A stretch of DNA of 63,152 nucleotides, the filler included, from Rhabdomonas costata (lineage: Eukaryota): assembly GCA_019059605.1 (NCBI GenBank). It is 32 parts of 32 records of this genome, joined end to end, with 100 filler letters (N's around TTAATTAATTAA, not from the genome) between each part and the next. Parts side by side here need not be neighbours in the genome. Positions count along the whole stretch, not along the records: positions 49,430 to 51,306 come from JAHMHO010007896.1; positions 51,407 to 53,281 come from JAHMHO010007897.1; positions 53,382 to 55,255 come from JAHMHO010007898.1; positions 55,356 to 57,230 come from JAHMHO010007899.1; positions 57,331 to 59,204 come from JAHMHO010007900.1; positions 59,305 to 61,178 come from JAHMHO010007901.1; positions 61,279 to 63,152 come from JAHMHO010007902.1; 25 more parts are not named here. The stretch is one strand, 5' to 3'. Below are positions 49,449 through 61,593 of the stretch, piece by piece. A model generated the notes under the pieces. That model saw nothing but the letters and a program-made list of their open reading frames with translations. It did not search any database and was not told the DNA's origin. Position numbers and translations under genes: made by a program. The first letter of the stretch is position 1. Each line of letters begins with the position of its first letter.

Positions 49449-50396
49449 GGTGGAGGGGTACGTCAAACGCTTCAAATCATTTGCCGTCGCTTTCTTAGAC
49501 AAGGATCTTGAGTATGGCACTGTTCTGCGGGCTGTTCTGGAGACCCTTCTTGCGGTGCGACACACGGATGTTCTGCTGATTGCCAGCGTTGCCCACCGGG
49601 TTTGTCGCATCTCCCGCTGTGTTGTGTCCCTTGATGCCGCAAAATTCTTTGCTTCTGTTGACATCGCGTCGGGTGGGATGAAGAAATGCAGTGCTAAAGT
49701 AAAACACTGAAGTTTGCTTAGGATGTGCATGCCCGCTTATTTCTCAGCTGAATCCTGAGAAGGCGTCTAACGGAAAGCGTCGCGCACCGTTGGGCTGTCG
49801 GACAACAACAAACCAGTTTTCGCCTTTCTCGCGGCCATTGTGTACCTTTGTCTGAAAGCAATAGGCGGCGCATCGCAACCATGCACGTGACTGCCTCGTT
49901 TTTTCGCCGCAGCTGTGTGGGATTTATGAAGAGCAGTCTCGAGATGCCGAGGTGCTGTCGCTGATCTCTCCCGTACTGCAGCTGATCTTTGCCGAGCGCC
50001 GGCGCATTGTGTGCAACGCAAAGGATACGGAGATTCGAGTGGTGTGTCACTTCCCTTTTGGGGGTCAAAAGGCGTCACAGGCGATAGATTGGTGAATGAG
50101 CGGGAGCCAAAAAATATTCTTGTACGAAGGTGGGGGTGGAGCCTCCTGTGATATGCCTTTGCACCTGTTGTCTCTAATTGGGTTGATGTCCTCTTTTGAT
50201 GGACTTCTCGCAGCCCCTTGTAAACTTCTCTGTTTCGCTCTTCTCTGTCTCTTTCTCTCAGCCTTACAGCCTGGAGATGCTTCGCCAGCCCGCCGACCCT
50301 GAGCTGAGGGAGCTCGCCACGTCGGGCAGCATTGTCTTCAAGACGCTCTATGCCCAACAAACCTGGCTGCACTCTGCACACTTCCGCGCACGACTG
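49449..50396 (+). CDS. Hypothetical helical-repeat-like protein, three exons (49449-49599, 49913-50008, 50262-50396)
   Basis: Phase-0 GT-AG joins give VEGYVKRFKSFAVAFLDK...VAHR/LCGIYEEQSRDAEVLSLISPVLQLIFAERRRI/PYSLEMLRQPADPELRELATSG...FRARL. Confidence 0.65.
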
Positions 50397-52590
50397 GTGC
50401 GCAGTATGCTTTTTGCTGGGTTTTCTCAGTTCTTTGCAGGGTTACTCTTCAGCTAAATGTCATCAACCCCCGCAGGGCAGGGGCAAGTTTTCAGCTAGCA
50501 GAAAGAAGCCAGCTAACAGTGGACTGCTACTAATGGCTCGGTTATCTGAACCGAACAGCTACAGGACGGCAGCAATGCCAGGTAGTCGGCAGGTATTACA
50601 ACCGTTTCGGTCATGGCTGAATTCCAACCGTCGCGTTTACAGGCGGGATTCTGAAGTCCCGCATTGTCCATGCTCTCTCCCACGTCTTGAGAGTTGCTTT
50701 GTTACGTCGCATGTGACTTTGCCTCTCAGCGGCTGGGCGCCGAGCTGGCGTACGCGACGGAAAAGAAGCGACACACCAAAAAGATGACCCAGGTTTGTTT
50801 TCCCCCAGTGCTCTCTTCCCCTGCGCATACCCGTCCCTTTCCTCCACCCTCCCGTTCCTCCTGTGGCATTAGATGGGTGAGCCGCTCAACGGAGAGAAAT
50901 CACGCAATAAGCTCGTATTGATTCAAGGAGTGGGTCTGGGCTTGGACTCAGGAAGCAGCAGAGATCTCTGCGTATGGAGAAGTTGTACTATACTCGCCGT
51001 GTTTGTTCCTGTGTGTGATTCGACATCTTGGCGCGATCGATCGAGAGAGAGAGAGAATGAGAGAGAGAGAGAGAGTAAAACACATACACACAACATGGAG
51101 ATGCTGCGGGTAAGGAAAAAAGAATATAGAGTGCTTTACGGCAATTGCAATTGCTGTTGCGTTGAAATTCTCAGAATACCGTGGACCCCGCGTGAAACCA
51201 ACCCTGCGGGGAAGGAGTGGGGAGGAGGGGGTCTTGACTTCCGGCGTGTGTACACAGCTTGACCAGCGGGAGAAGTCCCAGCACCTGTACGGTGGGACCC
51301 AACACCNNNNNNNNNNNNNNNNNNNNNNNNNNNNNNNNNNNNNNNNNNNNTTAATTAATTAANNNNNNNNNNNNNNNNNNNNNNNNNNNNNNNNNNNNNN
51401 NNNNNNTGAGAAAAGGAGCCCCCAAGAAGTGGCGAGTGGCAACAAGGAGCGGAAAGCCAGCAGTGGGACAGGAGCATCCCGGTGCAGCACGAGAGAATGG
51501 CAGCGAGAAATGGGAGACCAGAGAGGGAGCAGGAAGCATTACGGAGGGCCCACAAGGCACGAAGGGATGCCCGGGCAAGTGGAGAGAAGTGAGGTCCAGA
51601 TGGCAGCAGGGACAGAGAATGGTAACCAAGCCTGTCCACCAGGAAAGCGTCCAAGCCCGGAGTGGGATGGAAAACCCAAACCCACAAGGGCAATCGGGCC
51701 CAAGGGGAAGTGCAGGAGGTTAGGTACCCACAAATCTCTAAACACGCCAATCGGGGTTCCCAAGGCCCCGCGCACAATGTGGATTGGGAGTCACATGGGG
51801 TAACCCAACATGACAAGACGGCGGGAGAAGGTACCATGGGCCAAAGGATGTGAGGCCAGACGGGCCCATGCCCCATCGAAAGGTGGGAGCCTCCCCAGAA
51901 AAATTCATCTTGCCAAGTGCACCAAGTGTGTGTGTGTGTGTGTGTCACCTTGTCAGCATTCACCTCAACTTTCGCACTGTTCTTCGACCAGTCTTCAGGC
52001 ATTTTGTCCACAACTGGGCGCCGTCTGGCCCCCACGTTTCACCAGAGCCAGAGCCAAGGCCAGAGTTGCGTTCACTGGTACGCTTAAGCGAGACCAGCCT
52101 ATGAGACCGTGTCTGTGCGTTCAAGCCGATTTCTTTGGTTTCCGCATGTTATCCCAAACCCGCAGCTCTCTCTGTGTATGTGGATTGTATGGCTGTGACT
52201 GGGAGCTTATTTTTCACATCGTTGCTGCTGCTATTTGGCTTCAGCTGCACCATTAAGAATAAAGTCGATGAAATTATTCCTCATTTGTGGCGCGATGATT
52301 TTCCCACTCATAACTTATGAACCTTCTGACGGAATTGGGCAGGGCTAGGGGGAGTGCGAGGGAGAGGGAGAGGGAGAGGGACTCCGCCCCCAGCCCAGAC
52401 ACGACCAATGTGGCGTGGGCGCCGGAGCCCATCCCGAAACATGAGCGAAAATGTAGTTATCTTTCCAATTCCCTCCCGATTTGCGATTCATGTATACTCG
52501 TCGCCCCACCCACTTGTTTTTCTCAGGCATTAAGCATGATTCCTATCCTCTCATAGGCCGCCCTCAGCCCTCGCATCCAAACATTCGTAG

Positions 52591-52773
52591 GGAAGTCTAC
52601 AGGACGGCCCCAACAGCTTTCGCGTGATGTACGTGCTGCTGGTGCCACCGATCTACTCCGTGGTGCTTGTCTCTCTTGGGGTGCTGTTTGGACGGCAGCA
52701 GTTCTTCAACAAAGTGGCGCTGCGGATGTGGGGCCGCGTGCTGCCCGCATCACTGCGCAGCAAGCTGCAGTGA
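52591..52773 (+). CDS. Terminal exon of a DUF6787-like small membrane protein
   Basis: GSLQDGPNSFRVMYVLLVPPIYSVVLVSLGVLFGRQQFFNKVALRMWGRVLP...* follows the P.Y...L...G.LFG...FF....RM pattern. Confidence 0.6.
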   Translation, partial: GSLQDGPNSFRVMYVLLVPPIYSVVLVSLGVLFGRQQFFNKVALRMWGRVLPASLRSKLQ

Positions 52774-53137
52774 GGAAGCGTGCCCGTTGCCACTGTGTAA
52801 TTCTTTGATGGGCGGAAGGGGGGCCTCATTAGAAACAAGGGACAAGGGGAAACCCGCACTGGGACTGGATTCGCTATGAACAATATTCACGCCTGGAGGG
52901 CATTGCCATATTCTGCTCCCCCACTGGAGCAGATTGCATTGGGATTTGTGTAGTCCTATTCTCCGCTGCGGAAGAAGTGAGAACCGCAGTAGTGTGTTTG
53001 TGTGTGCCCTGCCACCTTCAAATTGTGCAAGGCGATGGAGTAACCTTGCGCGGGGAGTAACAGTCGTCCTCCGCCTGCGAGGCATGAGGTTTGCATTGGA
53101 ACTGACCTCTGACCTGGCGGCTCCGCAGTTCCAGATT

Positions 53138-53278
53138 TTTTTTTGAAAGGCAGAGGATGGAAAGGTCGGTCAAAAGGCACAGCTGCGGCGTTCTGAAACA
53201 GAGGTGAGGTTGGCCAAGTGCTGGTGTAGGCGTAGCGTGCCTTTTGACCGACCTTTCCATCCTCTGCCTTTCAAAAAA
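53138..53278. repeat. Terminal inverted repeat (about 42-nt arms), fold-back
   Basis: 53138-53180 mirrors 53237-53278 at the contig end. Confidence 0.9.
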
Positions 53279-53382
53279 CACNNNNNNNNNNNNNNNNNNN
53301 NNNNNNNNNNNNNNNNNNNNNNNNNTTAATTAATTAANNNNNNNNNNNNNNNNNNNNNNNNNNNNNNNNNNNNNNNNNNNNT

Positions 53383-53564
53383 GTGGGTGGTTGCAGTTTC
53401 ATTCCTTCCAAAGTGACTCCCGCTCACGCTCTCTGGAACTGGCTCTGCCAGTCCCGCGCTAACTCCAGCGTTCGGAGTGGCTGACGAAGGAGACAGAGGC
53501 AGTGCCAGTTCCAGAGAGCGTGAGCGGGAGTCACTTTGGAAGGAATGAAACTGCAACCACTCAC
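53383..53564. repeat. Terminal inverted repeat (about 66-nt arms), fold-back
   Basis: 53383-53448 mirrors ~53498-53564 at the contig start. Confidence 0.9.
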
Positions 53565-54952
53565 CGCAAACAATAACAGGAGCGGGCCGGGCGAAGGTCC
53601 GGGAAACCGAATTTATTGGTTTCCTTTCAACAGAAAGGAATATACAAAGCGGCGTGATATGGGGTGGCGCGTATACCTGCAAATTGGCATTACCTCATAA
53701 CTTAGCGTGCCCACGGCTGGGGAGATCAGGAGGGAGGGGTCTGCCGCGTACCGCCCCACCCCCACCCCTTGCTTTTTGTGGCGTAAACGAACCTGGGGGG
53801 ATGTGCTCGCAGAGTCTTAAATATGCGGTGTGTGTCGTAGATGAATAATAAACGTATTATCGGATAGCTCTCCCTAACATCCGGACCTGCAAACGAAACG
53901 AGCACGTCGAAATCGCGAGAATCGCGTTTGCGGTTGTTGGAGTGAGGAAGTTACCGGGCTTGACGGAGCAAGGCCCCCCGGTGGGTGGGGACCCACCCCC
54001 CGCATCACTCACCACGCCACACCGGTTAGGCTCGCCTCGGAAAGGATGCCGGCTCACCCCATTTCCAATAGCTGTGAGAGCGGAGGCCGCAGCCAATCAC
54101 AAAGAATTTCTTCCCAACCCATTCTCACGGAAACACAACCACGTACCTTCGGGGGCACCTGGGCTGGGCTGCGGCTGTACAGGCGACGACCCCGCTGTGA
54201 GTGGAGGGGGGGGGATGACAATTGCCAATAGATGATTCTGTAAGCCAATCAATGCCTTACGGTGAGGCTGTGGAGAGCAAAGGGGACGCGCTTCTTCATG
54301 ATAAGCGACGGTGCTGAATGGATTTTGGTGTGAATGAATGGTATGGAGTTTTTCGTCTTAAATATTTAGCAATTGGCCATCGGCAGATCGGCATAGACTG
54401 TTAAGCGACGTTTTTCTTCTGGCATTTGTTTTTCATGTCAAAGTGATGTGCTAGGAATGTGTTTTGTGTGGCTCATAGGTGCATAGGCAAGCAGTACAAT
54501 ATGTCAGCCTGCGCCGCTTGTTTTGTGTCATCACAGGGTTCACGGAGACCTTGTTCCTTGCGGGTTTTGGATTGGAGCTGAACTTGGATAACGAGGTCCG
54601 ACTTGCACCTTTTTAAACGTCTATTATTCCTGACTGGGGGGCAATCGTTTCGGAACCCGAAAGAACTGGCAAAGCGGTGCAAAATGTAGAGTTAAAGGGA
54701 AACCATTAATTTGGCGTGCACTGTATCGTGTCATTGTATCTCTGCACTCGTCGCGTTAAGGACCATCCAAAAACCACGTAGCCGTAACACACTTCAGTTT
54801 GAACTTTCTCCGGAAAGCCAACAATCGTTGAAACGTTAATCCAGCCCTACCCCTCCGCCCGTGCAGTCCCTGTGATGACCTGAAATGACTGGGCCTTGGT
54901 AAACCTTGAGGACGACCACGGTCTTGTGGGAAGCGGTCCGTCAATAATTCAG

Positions 54953-55085
54953 GTTCTCCAGCGAATCACCGGCTCCATGGCGATCCAGGACTTCGAGCTG
55001 AAGCGGCTGGCGTGGAACCTGCTGTACCACCTCAGCTTTCATCCCGCCAATGCTCAGCTCCTTTTGCTGAGGGGTGCTCTAGAAG
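54953..55085 (+). CDS. ARM-repeat-like exon
   Basis: TTCAG|VLQRITGSMAIQDFELKRLAWNLLYHLSFHPANAQLLLLRGALE resembles ARM helix 3 (A...L..LS....N...l...G.le). Donor uncertain. Confidence 0.5.
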
Positions 55086-56762
55086 GCATATGTCTGCAAC
55101 GCTTACGTTCATCTGACCGATACTTCTCTGGCATACCTTCACTTGTACGGCACAGAGAAAAGGGTGAGGAAGTCACTGAAAACAACCATCCTTGATGCAC
55201 AACAGTAGCGAAATGAAAGGGTCAGAGTCCTTTTCTAAGTTCCTTCGCCACTGAANNNNNNNNNNNNNNNNNNNNNNNNNNNNNNNNNNNNNNNNNNNNT
55301 TAATTAATTAANNNNNNNNNNNNNNNNNNNNNNNNNNNNNNNNNNNNNNNNNNNNGGTTGGTGTGAGTGCTCATGTGCCCCACACTCGACTGAGCAAGTG
55401 GGCGCCGTTTACCCTTTTGTGGTAAGGCATTTGCCAATCACATGTCACAAGGGCAAGTTAATGGCATCAATTTTGACTGGACTGATGGTGTTCTATGCGG
55501 TAACTTTCTCACCATTCGAGACTATTGGCCCTTCTTCTTCGGACTGGAGTACCTTACGTACCGCCAAAATGCTTTTATCAAGGCCTTTTGCGGCAATTTT
55601 CTCCAAAAAACAGTGCCATGGTAAGAAGATTTGGCATTTTCGTGGCAAAATTACGTGATATTTGCCAAGAAATGTTGGTACAAGACATTTTGGAGGCAGT
55701 TACATGGTACAATTGGCCACAGGATGTGCTGAATGCACTTTTCTTGGACACAATTTGCTCTCAGGACCTTCCGGGCTTTGACAAGACTGCAAGGACACAG
55801 TGATATCACCAAGGATAACCAAGCCATTTTCTGACAAGATCCGCTCGCCTTTAGGTCTGTGTGCTCCTCTTCCATCTCTAGAAGTGCAGTCATAGCTTTC
55901 TTATATAAGAATTTATTTTCAGCTAGTGTTTGATGCAAAGGGAGTGGAGGGACAAGGGAGAAGCAACCACCAATCCAGAGTTCTGAAACACATCTTCCCA
56001 CCTCCTTCTGTGTAGGCTGGTTGGCCACCGCAGACCATTGAGGGCTTATGCAATGGAGCAGAAGCAGAAGCAGCAGCTTGGAGAGAACACCAGAAGCCTC
56101 AGGTAGCAGCGACCCACCCACAGACACTCGGGCACAACCTAATGGCTGCAGATGGCCAGGCTGAGCCCCCACAGCTATGGGTGGAGTCCGCATGGTACCA
56201 ACTGCATGTCGAGGCCACCCTCCGCAATATATTTCCCCCAACATTCCACATTCATCGGAAAATTTAAGCTTTTAAAAAAGTTTGCATAGCAGTTTAGAGT
56301 CTAAAAACCACAGCTTACAGGCACGGTTCAAGCGACTTTTTCGGAGTTATTTTTTTAGTGAGGAAGAGTTTCACAAGCGGCTTGTTAACCCAGGCTAATT
56401 GGATTATATATTGAATTAAAAGCCCCTTGGAAAAATGATTCCGGACCACCGTGGCATGGTGGGACATGCGCGTGAATTTCAATGTTAAAGCTGCTCCTTT
56501 TTGATCATTGGATTTGCTGTTGATTGCTCTCGTGCTCTGTGGTACGATGTGCACCATTTTGCCGTTGCATTTGTCTTTCCCAAGGCCCCTCCGTACCCAA
56601 ATGAGCAAGAGAGAAGCGAAACCACGTGGCACAGCCCCAAGAAAATTGGGTTTTCCTTTATATTTTTGTGCGCTCTAAATAGGTTTGTGTGTCTGTTGAT
56701 TTCGTCCTGAAACCAAATTGCATACTTTAACTGTTGATGTTTTCTTTGTGTTCACAATGAGC

Positions 56763-57190
56763 TGCTTGATCAGATCATCGCGCAAGCAACGGACGCTCCT
56801 TTGCAAGCGATGCAGCAAATGCAAGGTGATGTACTGGAGGCACAGAAGATGTTTTCTGAGCGCAGTGCCCAAGCCCAGCAGCATTTCATCGAGCAGTTGG
56901 CATCCTCATCACAGAAAGACACGGTCAGAAAGTTTACGGAAAAAGAACCTCAGTTCCCTTCCTACCCAGGCAACACAGATCACTTCCTGCCTTAAATCCG
57001 AAAGAGCCGGATCAGGAAAGAGCAACGAAAGCTTCCGGACCATCCTGTGCGCACTCATCGCTTGGAAGTACATGTCATCGGGCTGTTCCAGAGTGACAAA
57101 GAGTTTGAGTCCTTGGAGATATTCTTCCAGGAACTCAAGCCCAATTTTCTCAGCACACGAATGAGTGGCGTTTGATTGAGGATACCGCCG
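56763..57190 (+). mobile_element. Possible decayed LTR-retrotransposon gag
   Basis: A Q/A-rich stretch then EPQFPSYPGNTDHFLP* (P.F.G....F..W pattern, stop at the expected Trp) and FESLEIFFQELKPNF. No introns. Confidence 0.35.
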
Positions 57191-57807
57191 ACTGGACCCA
57201 CAAACACCACAAATTGGACAACAAACAACANNNNNNNNNNNNNNNNNNNNNNNNNNNNNNNNNNNNNNNNNNNNTTAATTAATTAANNNNNNNNNNNNNN
57301 NNNNNNNNNNNNNNNNNNNNNNNNNNNNNNCCTTCGGATGATGGGAGTGCAGGGCTCGGTGATGCTTCTGGAGGACCCCAAGGTGTGGCCGATGGGTAAG
57401 CTTGTTGTGATGTTTCTAGAATCGCGTCTCCTGCTGCCGGAATTCCTGGGGTCCATCGGAAACAGAGCTAGAAATAGTGCGCGCCCCTTGGCGGGAACAA
57501 GTGAGGCGTCATATGACAGGGAACATAGGGAAGACGAGGTTGATGATTTTGAAGGTGGATTGGAGGAGGATGGGATTGACCTGCCTTGTATTTGTTTAGT
57601 GAGATTTCCTTTTGCACGGGGAAGAAACAGAAACTCGCTGTGTGTGTTGTCATTGTGTTTGATGGGATTATGTCAATTTTCACTGATGATCTGACCTTTT
57701 TGCAGATTGAAGCCTCTTGGAACCACAACCACGGAAAAACAGAGTTTGGGGTGAAACATAAGCAATGAGGGTGGTGGCGTTCCAGTTGGCGACCTGTTTG
57801 TGCTCAG

Positions 57808-59089
57808 ATGGGAACGACCCTGGCAACCTCTCCGCGGGGCCTGGGCTCGAAGCTCATCTTGCAGCGCAAGCTGGGGTTCCTGTTTGAGCCCCTGCGGGAG
57901 AAGTACGTCCCGGTCAGCGCGACTATTGACCGCCAACACGAGGCTCCCTCCTATGCACTGCTGGAGAAGCTCACTGAGAGTGTTCGCGAGACACCTCACC
58001 GCGGTGATGGGCGAATCCCCACTGACCTTGTGCTGTCCTCTGGGGGCATGGGCAAGACATGCACGGGGTTGCTTCTTCAGCATAACTTTCTAGAGGCCCA
58101 GCAAGGGATCTTTGTGATCTTCGTGTCCCTGCCATTGGTGGGCAAGGAGCTATGTACCCCGGAGGGCCTCGGCTTGACGAAATTCCTGGAAAGCACGATG
58201 GGCTTAGCCAAGCCCGACTTTACCAAAGCAGAGGAGAGCAGCGTAGTGGTTGTGCTGGACTCCTACGATGAGGTGCTTCCATCGGTGCGGAAGGGCGTGG
58301 AGGAGGCCGGGGGTCTTGTGGGCCTGCTAATCGCCGCGGTGGGTGAGCGTGCGTTGCGGCGGGTCATGGTGAGCTCCCGTCCGGAAGCGGTGGCCTCCAA
58401 TCCTGCCCTTGTGCTGGGGTCGAAGGCCCAGGTCTTTGAGCACTGGGTGATGTCCTTCACCCTTGGTGACTTTGCGAAGCTCGCTGAGAAGACAATTACG
58501 CGTTCGCTATTCGAAGAAACGACAGACCCGAACAAGGAGAAGCTCAAACTTCGGTACCAGAAGGAAGGAACGTCCATGCTGGACAAGGCTGAGCAAGTGC
58601 ATAAGGGCGCCAGCTGCGGGGAAATCTTGCACGCAATGAGAGAGGCCCGCCATAAGGTAGTCGCGGAACATGATGAGCAAGCGAGGCAGCGTGCTCTCGC
58701 AAAGGGCCTTGAGAGAAGTAAGGAGCTAGTGAAACGAATGGGGGCAATCCCTGAGCTGCAGGCGCTAATCTCCACCCCTGTGCTGGCGGCGATGCTATGC
58801 GATGCGAACGAAGCCCTTCTGAAGGAGCTGGAGAAGCCCCGTATACAAGCCCTTACCCGAGGGGAGGTCTACCGCATGGTACTGGTGGAGGGCCTCATGC
58901 AAAGAAGCAGCTCTGCCGAGGCCGCTGCTCTGCTGCAGGCCTGCCAGGTGCTCGCGGTGGAGCTGTGCTCCCGGCAGATGGCGTATTTCCCAATGGGAGA
59001 GGTGAGGGCAGTCTTCCTCCGTCAACTTCGGCAGACCCATGCCCCTCCCGGCTGCTCTGGTCCCTCAACTTCATCCACCTCTTCCTCGG
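57808..59089 (+). CDS. NACHT-type STAND P-loop NTPase (one long exon; 3' end replaced by a fold-back artefact)
   Basis: YVPVSA lead-in, Walker A LVLSSGGMGKT, VIFVSLP, Walker B VVVVLDSYDE, sensor VMVSSRPE, ISTPVLAAML, LTRGEVYR. Confidence 0.85.
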
Positions 59090-59197
59090 CCATTGCGAAT
59101 CCAGTGGGACCCTCCGAGGAAGAGGTGGATGAAGTTGAGGGACCAGAGCAGCCGGGAGGGGCATGGGTCTGCCGAAGTTGACGGAGGAAGACTGCCC
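59006..59197. repeat. Terminal inverted repeat (84-nt arms), fold-back
   Basis: 59006-59089 is the reverse complement of 59114-59197. Confidence 0.95.
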
Positions 59198-59726
59198 CCA
59201 CACANNNNNNNNNNNNNNNNNNNNNNNNNNNNNNNNNNNNNNNNNNNNTTAATTAATTAANNNNNNNNNNNNNNNNNNNNNNNNNNNNNNNNNNNNNNNN
59301 NNNNGGGGGTGGTAATGAGGTGGTAAGAGAAAGATCCGGTTAGGATGGAAATAGATCCGGTTTGGGTGCAGACCATTTTTACCCTAATTGACCACTTCGC
59401 TTTGCATCGCTCTCCTTATTCGTAGCCCCGATTCGGTCCGCACACCCAAGGAAGCCCGGGCGCGGAATTATCCACAGCTGTCTGTCAGTCGAGAGGGGGC
59501 TTCTCCTTGAGGATCAATTACCCTTGGAGCACAGGGGTAAAGTCCCCGCCCGGGTTCAAACATTGCAAGAGAGAGAGAGAGAGCTTGAGAGACCAGACCA
59601 CGGAGAGTGTATCTCAACATACTTAAATCATTTAAGCCCCCCCCCCCGCACCGATGGGCGCTAGAAAACCCAAAACCAAAACTTGTGCAAGACAAAGTGT
59701 AGCTCATCAGAACAGACTCCACTCAC

Positions 59727-60075
59727 CCCAGGGGGCCATCACCTTGAAAGTCATCATCAAAATCCTGGAACCCGCTGCAGCACTCCCGAGCACAAAACAC
59801 TGCCCACACCAAAATTCCGGTGGTGGCAGCCTTCACCGCGTTGAGGGCCTCCTCATTCGCGTCAGGGCAGCTTAGGTGCTGCTCCAGAGGCAGGGTCACC
59901 CCTGCCAGCAGCGCCCCAACGGCATCCCCAACAACGGCGCCGCTGCTGCTGGCGACCGTTGTGGGGGCGAGTGCGGTGGCCCGGGCAAGCACTTCATGGT
60001 ACTGCGCCACGGCCTGGGTGTGGCGTCCCTGCAGCTCAGAGGCCCACTGCTGCCGCAGCGCGGGAAGCTCCTCCT
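59727..60075 (-). CDS. Exon(s) of hypothetical helical protein
   Basis: CAG|EELPALRQQWASELQGRHTQAVAQYHEVLARA...DFDDDFQGDGPL|GTGAGT. May contain a 45-nt in-frame intron. Confidence 0.55.
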
Positions 60076-61593
60076 CTGCGAAAACAGAACCGTGCCCGGT
60101 TCTATCGGCAATAGACCACTTTTATGTATTGCCCTCTGGTTCCTGGGGTCTTTGCCCCTAAATGGCAGAGGTCAAAAAGCCCAAAATACCCCTAAAAGGC
60201 CTATAGTTGGCAGCTGTTAAAGAAGCAATCCCGCCCATTCCGAAGTCAGCAGGAAGTACTCCTGGGCCCTTAGCTATGTTAAGCAGGCCCGACCGAAAGC
60301 TTAGCCTCAGTGTGCAGAACTGCAAAGCTCCAAAAAGAGCAGCTCTGAAAAGGCCCTAAAATGGTCTCCAGGTAGTTACAAACGAAAACATCCGGCCCAC
60401 TCCGGTGCCAACATCAAGCACTCCTCTTCCTCCACAAATCCTTGAAAACGATGCGGTCAGGCATGCCGAGTCGACGTGTCTCATATCCCTAGCTCTACCC
60501 TTTGGTATGCTAAGCAGGCGTCATTCGAAAGCTCAAGCACAGTATTATACTTTGGCTTGAAAAGGGTAGAAAAAAATTACCTCTGTCTCCAAAGATGAAC
60601 CCTGTATTTAGCACAACTTAAGAGTCATTGCTCCAAGCGGCACCAAAATGCGTCCACTCCCACTTGCCCTCTCAGCCACACCGGTTGCTCGCAGCACGGC
60701 CAGCAGCTCGGCCTCTGAGAGTAGCTCCACTTGCTCCGTGGGTACCCCAGAGATCGGCGACGCCCCACAGCACACCCTCCCCTTGGGGGTGGCAGCCCCT
60801 GTGCGGGGGCTGCACGCCGAGAGCCGTGACTTCCGAGGAGAAAACCTGAGACGGGAAAGAAGGAAAGACCTTTTCAGTCCGAGGAAATACCATTTTTTGC
60901 TCGAAACGGCCGACCCGGTTTCAATCAAAGTTCAAATCCAAAAATGCATAAAGCGCATGCCGGCTTTGTGAGTGAAAAAAGCTCACGCCCACTACCACGA
61001 CCAACTTCGCAAGCAAAAAATTGGGCGGAATTCTTCGCGGTGCGACTCCTCTTTCTGGAGTTTTTGGGATGGAGCAGAAATGCGGCACGCGCATTCGAGA
61101 CCGATGGCAAGGCCTTTTTTAAGGGCAATTTTCTCTTATCTTCATTCGCATTCTTTTTCACGCTTCTTACACAACCCCNNNNNNNNNNNNNNNNNNNNNN
61201 NNNNNNNNNNNNNNNNNNNNNNTTAATTAATTAANNNNNNNNNNNNNNNNNNNNNNNNNNNNNNNNNNNNNNNNNNNNGGTTTGTTGTACAGCGTGGACA
61301 TCAGCACATTATTGGAGAGGAGTGAGTTTGGCGATGCTCATAAACCGCATATCGCCCCTATGTTACGCGCCTCAACCGTGCCCTGCTTTCCTTCACTTCG
61401 ATTGAATCTTCGGTTGCGGCTCATATAACACCGGGGTAAAAGATCTACTTTCTCCATGGAACAGTTTGGAGAGAAGGACTTCGGGCATTTGAAGGCTCCT
61501 GGAATCGCAAGACGCAGACAGCCTGCACCTGGAGGTTTCCATCGAAGATTTTGTGGACGCATGGTGTCCCGCGAAGAATCCTTTTCCTCACAG

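Noticed and set aside
53138..53564. MITEs or miRNA hairpins
   Set aside because: The arms abut contig edges, there are no target-site duplications or shared family sequence, and the pattern matches the other fold-back chimeras.
27704..59204. A defence island made of NACHT, DUF3638-like, ankyrin and transposon genes
   Set aside because: These lie on separate contigs ordered by length, so co-location is artificial.
59090..59204. C-terminus and stop codon of the NACHT ORF
   Set aside because: Derived from the inverted duplication of 59006-59089, so the true gene continues elsewhere.
60225..60545. Degenerate direct repeats (TATGYTAAGCAGGC at ~60275 and ~60506)
   Set aside because: Two short diverged copies in probable intronic DNA, too little to call an element.
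1879..61278. Regularly spaced TTAATTAATTAA motif as a biological repeat, CRISPR or recombination site
   Set aside because: It is always embedded in N44 runs and is a six-frame-stop linker added during concatenation.
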